Shown: piece after piece, positions 31,942-44,728 of the stretch | Layout of the letters: every line of letters starts with the position of its first letter | Numbering within the stretch: the first letter of the stretch is position 1 | Assembly (NCBI GenBank): GCA_965112735.1 | Contig: OZ218962.1 | Coordinates: 1,798,001 to 1,862,000, forward strand | Direction of reading: 5' to 3' | Source of the DNA: Phaeosaccion multiseriatum | Taxonomy: Eukaryota > Protista > Ochrophyta, other classes | DNA: 64,000 nucleotides | Notes under the pieces: model-generated | Told to the model about the DNA's origin: nothing | Databases searched by the model: none | What the model saw: the letters and a program-made list of their open reading frames with translations, nothing else | Made by a program: the position numbers and the translations under genes

Positions 31942-34480
31942 GCGCGCTCGTTCACTCCCCGACACCACACCTTCCACCAGCCACTGGAACACGAGATTAG
32001 AGGAGGCACAGCCAGCCCCACAGCAGCAACAGACATCACGCTGGGAACAGGTTCTCACCCGAGAGTTCGTGGAGAAGTTACAACTCGAAGGAGAAGGCCT
32101 GGAGCGACGTCAGCACGCCGAGCGGCAACAGAGGGAGCAGACGGCAAAGCAGCAACAGAGAGAGCAGCAGAAACAGCAAGTAGAGCAGCAAGAGCAGCAG
32201 CAGCAGCAGGCAGAGCAGCAACAGGCAGAGCAGCAGCAGGAAGAGCCAACGCAGCAGGCTGAGCCGCCAGAGAGAGGCAAACTCTGGACATACGAGGTGG
32301 CCAAAGATGGCGACAAGGGAGCCAAGGAGCACGACTGGGGCCACGATCCCAGCCTGGGCCGCACGCGTAGCGGCAAGCACTGACATGCTGTCTCCTCCAT
32401 ACTAGGCCCACTCTTTCTGATGCCAGGCCTAAAGGAGAGCGAGGTACCGATACCGCGGTCTCTGGCCCAGGCTCAAGCAGGAGAGTACGCGGAGCAATGG
32501 ACGGAGGCGTACTGGGCAGAGCTCAACGCGATCGAGCAACGCCAGGTATGGGAGGAGGTTGATTATCAAGAGGGGATGAATGTGCTGCATACAGTCATGC
32601 TATTCAGAGCAAAGGTGACTGGGGGACTTGTGGATAGGCTCAAGTGTCGATTTGTCGTGATGGGGAACGAGCAGATCGAGGGGGAGGATTACTTTGATAC
32701 CTTTGCACCAGTGGTGGGGAGCTCGACGATGAAGATGTTCTTTGCTATCACGTGCCAGAAGAAGTGGGTATTGGAGTTTGCAGATGTGGAGACGGCTTTC
32801 CTGCATGCACCTCTGCATGAGGGGGAGTACGTGTACATTAGAGCACCAGAGGGCATGAGAAAGTTCGGGAAGGTGCTGAGGCTGTTGAAGAGTCTGTACG
32901 GTCTTCATCAGTCTCCCAAGAGGTGGAACGAGACAGTGGTGGCATTTCTACTCGCAATGGGGTGGGTACAGTGCCCAGTGGATCCGTGTCTGTTCGCCAG
33001 GTTCGAGGAGGGGGAGCTAATAGGGCTCATCATTCTATATGTAGACGACCTAGGAGGGTCAGGGGAGGGAAATCTCATTGACTGCACTTTCAAGGAGATT
33101 GACGAGCGTTTCAAGTTGAAGCGTTTGGGGTCGAATGTGGGGAAATTTCTGGGAGTTGAAGTTGACTACGCATTCGAGGCGGGACAGCTCAGGCTTTCGC
33201 TAGGAGGGTATCTTAGAGCGATGCTTGAGAAGTTCGACATGACGGAGGTACCTGTGTACGGCTCACCAGCAGAGCAGGGGGTACATTTGTCAGTGGGTAT
33301 GGAGCCAAGCACCACAGAGGAGGAGGAATTCATGCAGGACAAACCATACTGCTCAGCGGTAGGGTCAATCCTATGGGTTGCCAACTGGGTGAGGCTTGAT
33401 GTATCCTTCGCCATCATGCAGTGTGCTCGTTTTATGAAGAGGCCGGGGCCTCGACACTGGGCAGCATTGCAGCGCATTTTCGGGTACTTTAGAGGTAGTT
33501 TAGACTTGGGAATTGAGTTTGATCGAGAGGCGGGGCTTCATCTGGAGGCATACGCAGACTCGAGCTGGGCAGATGACGTCGACAGGCGCAGGAGCTCAGG
33601 GGGATACGTCGTGACATTCGGCGGGGGAGTGATTGCTCACAAGGCAACACTATTTAAGGTCATAGCACAGTGCTCTATGGAGAGTGAGTACATGGCCGCA
33701 GCGGAAGCAGTGAAGGAGTTGCTGTTTCACAGAGGGATTCTGGAGTTTCTGTTTCCAGGAGCCAACATGACGGAGTCGATTGTGCACGAGGACAATCAAG
33801 GGTGCATTCAGATGGCAAATGGCAACGCGGGCACCAAGCGCGTACGTCACATCGACATTCGTTATCATTTCCTGCAGTACCACGTGGACAAGGGACACGT
33901 TCGGTTTCAGTACATCAGCACAAAGGACCAGCTTGGGGACATCATGACCAAGGCATTGGCACCTCAGGTACACAGCGGTCTGGCGGGGCAGATGCTCAAG
34001 AAGGGAGACAGGAAAGGGGGGGACTAGTTTTAGTTCAGTAGTTTTAGTATGAGGTTTTCAGGACTTTGTCTCGGGGGGGTTTTAGGGCAAGTCAGGTGTT
34101 TCCTCATTGTGTTTGTGGTAGAGTGTCAGCTATCAAGAGAGATAGTGATTCAGTCATAGGAGGGTGTTGTGATAAGTATCGCCATTTGTGACTGAGCACT
34201 ATATCGACGTACAATATCGATGTGGATATCGATGTTCATGTATGGCCACGGCCATCACTTCCTTGAACGCATCTCTCAGTAGGTATTATTAATACACGAG
34301 TTGACACTACTCTAGCTTGTCCCTGTCATCGTAGAGGAGATATCGCAACAACACCACTCCCTCACTCCCCATCAAGCCAAGAACAGCCTGTCCTAGTAGT
34401 GTATCGAGGGTAACAAGGTCGAGAAGTGGGCTCCCCCCCCTCCACACTCCACACTCATCCAGCAGGTTCTTGTCCCCTCG

Positions 34481-34522
<42 letters not shown>

Positions 34523-37500
34523 AGGGCCACCAACAACTGGCTGCTAGAGATGGTGGACGGCAGCCCCTTCTTGTCCCGTTTCTTCGACCTTAGCGACGCT
34601 GCGAGCGCCATCTACGAGGGCCACAAGTACCTCGGCTTTGTCTTTATGGGGGTGCTCATTGTGCACCTTTCAAGCGTGTTTGTGCCCCTCGGGGAGCTGG
34701 ACTTTAACCTCGACAACGAAGATGTAAGAAGAAATCGACCTATCAAGCTGACAGCAGGGCTATGGCAATGGGGGTGCCAAAATTATGGTCGGTGTCGAAG
34801 AAGCCCAGGTACTGTTGCTCACACACATACCTCACCTTGGTTCCTGCTCTCGGATGTTGCCTCGCTGCACCTGCACCAACCACAGCCCGTTTGGTTCATT
34901 CTCTCTCCCATCGAGCGCCACATCCCCTTCACCGGTGTCGAAGGTGAGACGAAACTGGCCTGCCACACGCAGCCATGGCTGTTTTGGTTGGTGCGTCCCT
35001 GAAGTGCTCTCCCTCCTACCTTCCACCAGGCAAGTGGACCATCCGCACCGACGACTTCATCCAGCTGGCCTTCGGCACCCTCATCGTGCTCTTCGTGCAG
35101 CCGCTCACCATCGTGTGGACAAAGTACCGCACGCGCTACTTCAACTTCACTCAGGTACTGAGTCAAAGGGCACCCGAAGCACCACTCCCCCCCCTCGGAG
35201 CCATCACGAGGCATTTGATTTGCAAGGACAATGACATTCTCCCTTGCTCGCCTCCCCCCCTCCATTCTAAGGCCCTGCACATCGGAGGCGCCGTCGGAGT
35301 CATTTGGCTCTTCTACCGGGTACCCGAGCACCTCCGCGTGTTCGCCATTAACACACCCTTCCTCGTCCTGTACGCCTTCGACCGCATCATCCACACCTGG
35401 TACTACCGCGCAAAGGTGAGGGGGGGGGGGGTCCAATGTGGACATGTTTCTTTGTTGCTTGGCTGTGCGGATGTGGCTGCCTGTCGCTCAGCGAGCATCT
35501 CTTCGCCCTACAACACTGTTCACTCCCTCCTCGCCTCTCCCTCCCGGCGTGCGCATATAGCGTAAGTGAAGGAAGGCGCTCATGAGGCCTTGTTTGGATA
35601 GCGTTATACCGCACTTGATTAGCTATGGTACCTGCTATTGCCCTGCAGGAACTCGACCGTTCCGGTGACTACGAGACACTGACACTCGACAAAGACTACG
35701 CCATCATGTTCTTCCCCCTGTGGCGAAAGGCGGACTCGAGCGTGCCCTCCAAGGTATGTCCAACTCGGGGTGCACAAGCAAGTGTTACATTTTTGCCAAT
35801 ACTTCTGGCGGCTTCAGGCGGCAAGCGAGCGACGCGGGCGGGCGGGGGCACTTCAACTAACCTACCCCATGATACATCCCTCCCTCCTCCCGCCCTTCTT
35901 TGACAGATCGGAGACGTGTACTACCTGGCTCACAGCAAGATGAAGAGGGAGCCCTTCAAGCACCCCTTCACCCACTTCCGCTACCGCCGCCCCGCCCAGC
36001 GAGACCTCATGAGTTTTTCAAGTATAGCTGGTGTTGCCAATGTACGTGGCTGGGCTCTGCTGACAGCAGGAGTTGTGACGAGAGTCCCCCCCTCTTGTGA
36101 ATCCACACCCTTCCTCTAGCTAGAGGGCGCCGCTCTCCGCATTACGCATTGTTCCTTTTTGACAGCTTGCACCCCTCTGTCCCTCTCTTCTGGCTGCTAT
36201 CATGACTACTACGCCCCGGCTGTGCCTGGCTGGCCATGTCAGAAACAATCCTTCATCGCGAGGAGCCACGCTGTCAGGTTTGCCGAGGGCCCCGGCGAGG
36301 CAGACGATGTTGGCAAGGTCCATGTCGAGCTGACCAATAAGGTGAGTGCCTGTGTAGCTATGTGCACTAACCATGAGTGTCCCTCTAGTGACTACTGTGG
36401 CGCGCCTGACTCTGGCTGGTCTCCTTCACCCCCACCCCACCTTGCTTCCGGCACTAATGTCTGCTTCTCGGCCGATCCTCTCTGCCCAATGCGCCGCCAA
36501 CACCCTCTCCATACTCCCTCAGATGAAGGAAATGAAATCATGGATTAGGCACACCAAAGCCCCCAAATGTGATCTCATCGGAACTGTTGTTCAGATTAAA
36601 GAGGAGGGCAAGGCCAAGCACCAGGGCTGGTGGGGACCGAAGTCCTTCACTCAAACTCTGCACGATGAGACTCAAGAAGGTGAGGGAGAAGGGTAGGGGC
36701 AGGAGCGAGAGAGGGGATGTGGGCAGCCACCCAGCCACCTTCGTACTCACGGGGTTTTGACCCTGTTGTCTACCCTCTGCCTGGCTGCTTGACTACCTAA
36801 CCTGCGCCGCAGGTACCGTGAGCGTGCTGGGTCCGTATCGGCGTGTGTACCTTCGCCTCATGCGGCCCTCTCAGCCGTGCCCGTACATCGTCATCGGCTC
36901 CGGGTCAGGCTGCTCCTTCCTGCTGGACTTTGTCTACTGGGTAAGAGCTGCTTTTGCTTGACTTCTTGAAGATCAGTGGCTGAGATCCGTCTCATCGATC
37001 TCCTTTCCCTGGCTGCCCCTGCTGTCTTGCGTGCGTGTGAGTACTACTAGGTCCGTGAGCAGCACGAGAGCTCTGATAAGGAGGCCAGGCTCAGGTTCCC
37101 TGTGCACGCTGTGTTCACCACGAGAAGCCGCGCCCTGCTGCTGTTCGTCAGCGACATTCTTTTCAAGGTGTCCATTGGAGTGCCGTTGCTCACCTGCGCC
37201 ATTCACTTCACTTCCAAGGACTTTGAAGAGACCGGTGAGTGGGAGGACGAGAAGAAATCGCTCTCTGTCCCTCTGTCTCCTCGATCTCTCAAGCTCGTCC
37301 TCTATCTCTCTCTCTCTCTCTCTCTCTAACCGGGGCGCAGGCAAGGTTACCTTGAGCACCGACCGGGCGCTTGACCATGCCATCGAGCCCAGCAGGAACC
37401 CCACATCCTCGGAGAAGCCCAAGTTCAACTCCAGCCATGGGCTTGCCCCTTCGGCGTCACTGAGAGAGGGCAAGGGGGAGGAACAGGTGAGTGAGTGTGG

Positions 37501-38257
37501 GAGCGGATGGGTGGACGGCGGGCTCGCATCTTGGGAAGCGCCTGGCTGGTCGGTTCATCCGTGCTTCCTCCTTTCTCTCCTGCACGCGCGCCATTCTCCT
37601 CAGGACGCGGAGACGGCTCAGGCGAGGACTGCCAGCGTGATCTACGCCGCAGAGGATCTTGACATCCCCACCCAGGAAGGCCTTGTCACCGTCAACACAG
37701 TGAGTTGCTTCATTCTTACTTGGCTGGTGACTGAACAAACTAAACTGTGTGGTGTGTGTGTGTTCCCTTCGGATTCGGCTGTAAGAGCAGTACACACCCT
37801 CCTGCAGCTGCGCGTCTCCCTCCGCCCCCCTGTCTGCCCCTAATCATCGCTCTTCTGTGCGCTGCTGTCATGGCTGCCCTGTTCGTCGATGTTTGTTGTT
37901 GTTCTTGTTCTCGCTGCATCTGTGTGGCGCACACCCGCTCACAGCACATAGGCCATAATCAGACCTATCTGGAGACGAAGAGGTTCGACATCAACGACGT
38001 ACTCAAGGACAGCGACCCCTCCACAGAGATCTGTAAGTGCTGTACACGCACGTAGTCTAGAGTTCGAAGACTTTTGTTGACGTTTACCCTGCTGGTTGGC
38101 CGCCTCCCTCGCTACCACCTCCTGCTCCCTCCTCCCCCTCTCCTACATCATGCATACCTTGACAGACTTCTGCGGTAGCGCCGCCCTGCACGACATCTTC
38201 AAGAGCAAGTGCAAGCAGGCCGAGCGTGCGTTCTTCAGTGACACTCCGTACCTGTGA
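31129..38257 (+). CDS. Ferric reductase / NADPH-oxidase-like transmembrane flavocytochrome, multi-exon
   Basis: TM exons with HKYLG..x..VH heme pair, LHIGG and LYAFDR. FAD-binding HPFT, GPY, NAD(P)H-binding VIGSGSG and terminal FCGS. TGA at 38255-38257. Confidence 0.8.
32420..34027 (+). CDS. Copia reverse transcriptase + RNase H
   Basis: KCRFVVMG, TFAPVV, DVETAFL, LKSLYGLHQS, DPCLF, LYVDD, YADSSWA, SMESEY, EDNQG, HIDIRYH, DIMTK. The upstream in-frame linker ORF is cut by TGA at 32381-32383. Confidence 0.95.
   Translation: MPGLKESEVPIPRSLAQAQAGEYAEQWTEAYWAELNAIEQRQVWEEVDYQEGMNVLHTVMLFRAKVTGGLVDRLKCRFVVMGNEQIEGEDYFDTFAPVVGSSTMKMFFAITCQKKWVLEFADVETAFLHAPLHEGEYVYIRAPEGMRKFGKVLRLLKSLYGLHQSPKRWNETVVAFLLAMGWVQCPVDPCLFARFEEGELIGLIILYVDDLGGSGEGNLIDCTFKEIDERFKLKRLGSNVGKFLGVEVDYAFEAGQLRLSLGGYLRAMLEKFDMTEVPVYGSPAEQGVHLSVGMEPSTTEEEEFMQDKPYCSAVGSILWVANWVRLDVSFAIMQCARFMKRPGPRHWAALQRIFGYFRGSLDLGIEFDREAGLHLEAYADSSWADDVDRRRSSGGYVVTFGGGVIAHKATLFKVIAQCSMESEYMAAAEAVKELLFHRGILEFLFPGANMTESIVHEDNQGCIQMANGNAGTKRVRHIDIRYHFLQYHVDKGHVRFQYISTKDQLGDIMTKALAPQVHSGLAGQMLKKGDRKGGD
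34165..34350 (+). repeat. 3' LTR (~186 bp)
   Basis: Starts TGTTGTGATA directly after the PPT and ends TATCGCAACA (9/10 inverted match). Confidence 0.75.
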
Positions 38258-38659
38258 GCAGCCGCCCCGCCCTGCGTTTTAGACAGCCATCACTTACACG
38301 TTTAGTAGTTGGCTTACGCTATGCTCGGCTCCAGCGTCCACGCACAGTATGTTTTTCACTTCATCGGGGTGAAGAGGAGGCGTTTTTGATGCTCACATGT
38401 TCTGAATTCACCATCCATCTGTGAGTATTTTGTTGACATAATGTGAATAGTAACGGCGGGTTTTTCTGATCTTTTTCTACAGCTGTGGATCGTTCCATAA
38501 TAAGGAGGAGGAAGAAAAAAAGAAACTGAAACGGAAAACTGTCCTTCTTCCCTCTCTTATGTGTTTGGGTCCCTTCCACAAGAACATAATGTCTACACTG
38601 TACTCCTTAATGACGCGCGTGTGAACTGGAAATCTCTTTCCTTTTACAATCCTGAAAGT

Positions 38660-41600
38660 ATGCCTTTCCTTTGGAAAAAAAGGGCTAATAGTCTGAATAA
38701 GGACTGGAATCAGATCACCTCCAAGTACATATATGCTTCACGCATCGGCGGTGGGAGCTTTGGCGATGTCTACTCCTGCACAAAAGCCGTCGACAGAAGT
38801 CAGTGCTATGCGGTGAAGGTCGTCCGCAAGTGGAAGCCCGAGGCGCTGGACGAAGATCCAAATGGTCCTCACCGAACCCGGAGCGTGGTGAAGGAGATGG
38901 ACATTCTCAAAGACTTAAACCACCCAAACATCGTGAAGTTTGAGGAGAAGTTCGATATGAAAGAATCCTACGCATTCGTGATGGAGCTCGCGCCGGGTAC
39001 GTGACACACTCTCCTCTCTCACAGCCACAGTCCACCACACACACACTCAGCACAGCCAAGTGAGGCAACAAACCCACCACCACGCACTCCTCCCGCTTCC
39101 CTCTCGTGCGTGTTCTTGTCGTGTGCCCATGCCTCCAGGGGGTGCGCTCTTCGATCGCCTCGCGGACCGGACGACGTACTCGGAGGCCAACGCACGGACC
39201 CTCATCCGCATTCTGCTGGATACTATGGCGTACGTTCACGAAAGAAATGTACGTGGGCTGTGAACACGTCAAACAAGCCTACCTCTTGCGATTGGAGTAG
39301 CGCTCCGCTCGTGAGTTACAGCCCGTCTCTCTTCCTCTCTTGCTTGCTGCTCCTTTTGCTTGCTTGCTTGGCCTGCCTGGCTGTTGTTTTCTCCATCTTG
39401 CAGGTTTGTCATCGTGACCTCAAGCCCGACAACCTGGTCCTGGGGAGCGATACAGATGATACAAATGGCACGCACATCAAACTCATAGACTTTGGCCTCG
39501 CCACGAGGTGGGTACTACGTGCAAGAATGTGGAGGAGGAGGATGAGGAGCAGGCAGGAGGCCGCGCCAGGGAGGCAGGGTAGAGCGACAAGAGGGCGGAG
39601 CCCAGAGAGGAGAGAGGACATAGCGTGTGCTGTGTGAACCAAGCCCTGCTCGTATGCGCTCTTTCCCCGCTCGACCTGCTTCGGTGGCTGGACTGGGGGG
39701 TTCGACTCTTGCTATGAGCGATGAGCGAACACCACCTTGCTTGACCCCGCCCCTCCCAAGAACTGTACACCCCGTACATGAACCCGCCCCCCGCCCCCCG
39801 GTTTTGTCACCACTCTCTCAAGGTGCTAGTAGTAAAGCTCCTCTTCCTGCCCCCTCCCTTGCTTTCTTGCTTCCGCAGAGTGATGCATAAGGACCAAGAG
39901 ATAAAGACCATGTGCGGTGCGTAGGTTAGGCAGGCAGGACTCGACGAATGAGGAGTTGAAATTCAGGCGCGCTGCCTTCCATTCCCCCCTAGCCCCACTC
40001 CCTCACTTGCATCCTTGTGCCCTCGCCCCCTTCCTTTTTGGCCGCGTGCAACAGGCACCAGAGCTTTCAGCTCTCCTGAGCTGCTCTCTGGCCAGCCCTA
40101 CAAGATCTCGACGGACGTGTTCGCAGTTGGGATCATCGCCTTCCAAGTCCTGGGAGGTTATCACCGTGAGTGAATGAGAGGGGAGTGAGGAGTGGAAGAT
40201 CTACTCGCTCGTGTTCTGCCTGAGCTCCTAGTATTGACCGACCAGCCAAACAAGCAGAGCTTGAACACTCTGGTGGGGAAATGAATTGCAAACTGGCCTG
40301 CCGCCCTGCTGCCTCCCTTTTCGCTCAGCTTTCGCTACCTCTGTGGAAGACTTGATGCGTGTGGTATCGCTAATTCTGAAAGGCGAGTTCGAGTTCCATC
40401 CACAGGCCTTTCACCAGGTGCGTCCCTCTGCTCTGCTAGCCTCTCTTGTCTACTGGCCACATGCTGCCCCCGGCTTTCGGGGCTAAGCCCTTGGCTGGCG
40501 GTGAAGGGTGGATAGGGTGGCCTGAGGCGGCAGCAGGGTCGTCCGGCCTGCCTCCTTGCTCTAGTCCCGCCTGACTGTGGGTGCGTGTGCGTGCCATCGC
40601 TTTCTAGTTCGTGCTTGCGCGTTGTCTGTGAGCTGCATCCGTGTCCTTGCGTACACCGTCGCCTCGTCTCTCTGAACGCTTTGCTGCTGCTGCTACTGCT
40701 GCTGTCTCCTCCTCCCTCCATTGACTAATGCGCAGGTGTCCGACAATGCCAAGGATGTCATTACAATGATGCTCGACAAGAATCCCGACACGCGCGTCAC
40801 TTGCAGAGAGGTACGAGAGAAGGAGGTTGTTGAACACCTTGCAACCCTGCAGGCAGAGCAGCCGCTCGGAGACACACAACCCCCTTGGGCAGGGCAGGGC
40901 ACCCAGCCAGGTCCAGCTTGGTGGCCTTCCCCTAGCAAGTACAGTGCACTCGTCGGGGGGGGTTGTACTACGGCACACCATTTCCACCACCCTCGCGTGG
41001 CTAGCTAGAAGCTGCCAAAAAACGCCAAGTCCTTCCCTTCCGCTCTCCCATCAAGCCATCACGCTCACACAAGACACTGACAACCCCGTGTATCCTTCTC
41101 CATCCACATGCATACACTCGAACCAAACCTCTGCTTTTCTTTTCTTGCCCCTCTTGCTTGCTCTGTACGTGCGTACGTACGCTCTGCTAACAGGCTCTAC
41201 AGCACCAGTGGTTTAAGGAAGACGCTGCAGACATGGCACGCCGGGACTTGACAAGTAGCATCATCGGGCTCCAGGCCTTTTGTTCCGCGAAGACCGAACA
41301 AGGGCACCACGATGCCTTTTCCGAGATGGGGCGAGGAGAGGAAAAGAAGCACTCGGGTTTGCACTCCGCTCCCCTCCCTAGCACTCAACCACCACCAGCA
41401 GCGCCGGGGAGGTGAGTGAGTGTCGTATGCCTTACGTACACCAAGAGCCCAACACGTTCTGCTTGCTTGCCTCATTCTTTAGCTGCCCCGTCCTCTCACA
41501 ACGGAGCAAAGCGCCGCGGCTATCGCCTCATCTGCGCTCCTTCCTTGCTTGGGTCGGAAGGGTAGGAACAGAGGGTTGAGCGACTTGTGGCTAACTAGGC

Positions 41601-42233
41601 TTCAGCTAGTAGCTAGGCAGTGTCGCTCACCCGACTTTCACCTCTCTGTCTTGTCCCTGTCTCTTCTGTGCCCCTCTCCTCTTCTACCTGACTGGCTGGG
41701 TCTACTCTTTCTCATCTGAACTCTTCCAACCTGGTACCAGCAGCTCTACACAACCAATCAGTCCATCCAGCGCCCCCATCCTCTCTGCCAGCGGGGCCAC
41801 CAGCACGGATCTGCCGCCTGAGAGTCGCAGGGAGCCGAAGCTCATGAAGGAGAAGGAGGGGGTCGCATGCATGGAAAAGAGGATAAGCGATTTGGAGCTC
41901 GAGGTGGCGGCCATCAAGTGTCAACTGGACGGGCAAAGAAAAGCAGGTGCTGGAGCAGAAGCTAGGAAAAAAGGGGGGGAGAGGGATACGATACCCTGGG
42001 ACGAATACGTGAGCGAAATGGGATCCGTCAAAGACAAGGTGCTTATCGAGGACGTAAGAGTACTCTATTTCAAGAAGCTGACGGAACGGTTGGATTGCAC
42101 GACGATACCCTCGAAGGGCGAGGATGGGGGTGCGGCGGACGCAATCGCAGTTTTGCGAGCCTTGGACGTTCCGGAGTCTGCTCGTGGAGATGCACATGAA
42201 AAGGTCGTATCTCACTTCTCGTCGCGTCTTTGA
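38660..42233 (+). CDS. Ca2+/calmodulin-dependent-like (CAMK group) Ser/Thr kinase, spliced
   Basis: GGGSFGDV, AVK, HPNIV, MELAPGGALFDR, CHRDLKPDN, IDFGLA, TMCGT..SPE, DVFAVG, VSDNAKD. 3' exon assignment less certain. Confidence 0.85.
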
Positions 42234-43098
42234 TTTTGTGGCGCGCAGCGAAGTGTGATGGCCAGCGCAGTTCGCCCCCCCCCCCCGCCCTCCTGTACAT
42301 CGTACTGGCCAGTAGACTGTCTACTGCCAAAGTTGGGGGTTTATTGGCTTCAATCGCAACGAACTAGACCAGCTGTGAGTACTACATTCTCTCTGCCAGT
42401 TGCGTGAATCGGCCAGCAGACCAGCGAGCAAGCTTCTTGAGCAAGTCAAGCCTGGTGTGTCTCTTGCGGCGCTTTGCCTCCCTGTCGCCGCCCTCGCTCT
42501 CCGTTCAGTTTCAGCTTATTCGCCCGCTGCCGCCCCCCGGGGAGGACGGGCGCTCCAGACTAGCTCCAGACCGACACCGCTCTTGCAATAAGCTCGGGGC
42601 GGCGATGTATGGAGACTACGGTGGGTAGAGCCCTCTCACTCTACGTCCTAGTTGATGCTGCCCGACAGGCATAGCCCGCGAGAAGCCTGCGCTACACTCG
42701 CTGTCCCCCGAGGTGGGGGCGTGCAAGCAGCCAGTCCAGCCACGCTACTAGCTACGCGATCTTACACTCGACACACACTCTCTCTCTCTCTCTCTGTCTC
42801 TCTCTCCCTCTCTCTTTCTCTCCCACACCCACACTTCCTCCACTATCCCCCCTCTCCTCCCACTCTCCCCTTCCGTTCGTCGTCGCCCTCCCTGCGCTGG
42901 TAGTAGTAGTAGTAGGAGGAGGAGGATTTTGCGGGTTGTACTAGTATAGTAGAAGACCCACTGGGGGAAAAAAAAAGGGGGGGATAAGGGATATGAGTGT
43001 ATTGATGTATCCATCTTTTTGATAACAAAAGGTCCGTTGATCACCTTGAGTCAATGAAACGGCCGGAAGCTCAACTTCCAAACCTTAAACCTCACAAC

Positions 43099-44540
43099 TC
43101 AGCCTCCGAAGTGTGTATTCTCAATGAAGATGAGCTGATCAATGAGATTGTAATAGTGCAGCCTCTCTCTACCCAGGATGTCAGTCAATCCGCTCATCAG
43201 TCGCTCCTCCTGCCCAAAGCCGCCTTGGTCGTCGTCCTCCAGCAGGTGGTGGTGTTGTGCATCCAGGCTGCCGTCCAAGTCGTCGCCGTCTGTGAAGTGA
43301 TGTCATGTGGCCACAAGACAGGGAGGGCATCGTTGGGTGCAGAGGGTGGTGGAGGGAGGGGGGGAGAGAGAGAAGGAGGGAGGGAGGGAGGGAGGGAGGG
43401 AGATAGGGAGAGAAGGAGGGACGGAGGGAGGGATGGAGGAGGGCAGGGAGGAAGGGAGGGAGGGAGGGAGTGACGCAGGGATGGAGTGGTATGGTAGGAA
43501 GCGTTTTAGTCAAGAGTGGAAGGGGGGTCTACTGCGCCCGTCTGGAGGGGTTGTCTATTGACTTAATGTTCTTTTTTTGTACGCTCATTCCACCCTACCC
43601 ACCTGGGTCGTCTTGCTCCTTGAGGAAGTGATATGCTCTCTTAAACACGTCGTCGCCAAGTCCCTCCACGCAACGCTGCCGCAGAGCACGGATACGGTCC
43701 TGACACCAGGTGGAGAGGGGAGAGGGGGGCAGAGAGGATCAGTGAGAGGGTGGGGGACATGAGCTGATACGAAACCGCCGAAAGGACCAAAGAATGAAGT
43801 AAATGCCACAAGCAGAGAAAGAAAGGTGTATGTATGTGTGTATGTGTGTGTGTATGTGTGGGTTTCCGTGGCTGTGACTTGTTGGTGCGGTACTGACCGT
43901 GAGTCTTCCCTGTGGGGAGGGGCGGTCCTCGGCCTCAGTCATGGCCCGAGTCGGAAGGTGGGTTGGAATGGGTCTCTCTGGCCTACCCAACTTGTGCTGC
44001 GTGTGGGCAGTGGCAGAGGCGGACGAAGAAGGAGAAGACGACGACGACGACGACGGAGGAGGAGGAGTACCAGAAGGCGGAGGGGGAGACACAGACGGAG
44101 AGGGCGTTTTGGCCTGCGCCTTGATGGGAACACGCTCTGCCCCTGCCGCCGACACACTCCGCCGCTGCTGTTGCTGCTGTATTACCAACTGCTGCTGCTG
44201 ATGATGATGAAGAAGATGGTGATGGTGTTGCTGCCGAGCGCTGTTGCGAGAAGTGTAAGCGGAGTCTTCACCCTTGGCCTCGTTGACTAAGGAAGATCCT
44301 TCCAAGTACTTTGCCGCCTGGGAAGCAGGCAAGGAGGCATTCGGGAGAGGCAGGCATATGGGCAGGCACGGAGGTATATGGGTAGGCAGGGAGGCATGCG
44401 CGACAGGCAGACATAAAGACCGTCAGTCAGTGGGACAGTTAGTCAGTCAGTCAGTCAGTCAGTCAGTCAGTCAGTCAGTCAGTCAGTCGGTCAGTCAGTC
44501 AGTCAGTCGGTCAGTCAGTCAGTCAGTCAGTCAGTCAGGC

Positions 44541-44572
<32 letters not shown>

Positions 44573-44697
44573 AGTCAGTCGGTCAGTCAGCCAGCCAGTC
44601 AGTGAGTCAGTCAGCCAGTCAGTCAGTCAGTCAGTCAGTCAGTCAGTCAGTCAGTCAGTCAGTCAGTCACTCAGTCACTCAGTCAGCCGGTCCGTGT

Positions 44698-44728
<31 letters not shown>

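Larger units (their letters stand above)
31969..34350 (+). mobile_element. 5'-deleted Ty1/Copia LTR retrotransposon in intron 2 of the ferric reductase-like gene
   Basis: RT-RNaseH ORF, purine tract AGGAGGG at 34158-34164, then a 3' LTR. No gag, protease, integrase or 5' LTR found. Left boundary approximate. Confidence 0.9.

Noticed and set aside
39695-39715. GGTTCGA T-loop-like motif (also ~25250)
   Set aside because: No cloverleaf could be built.
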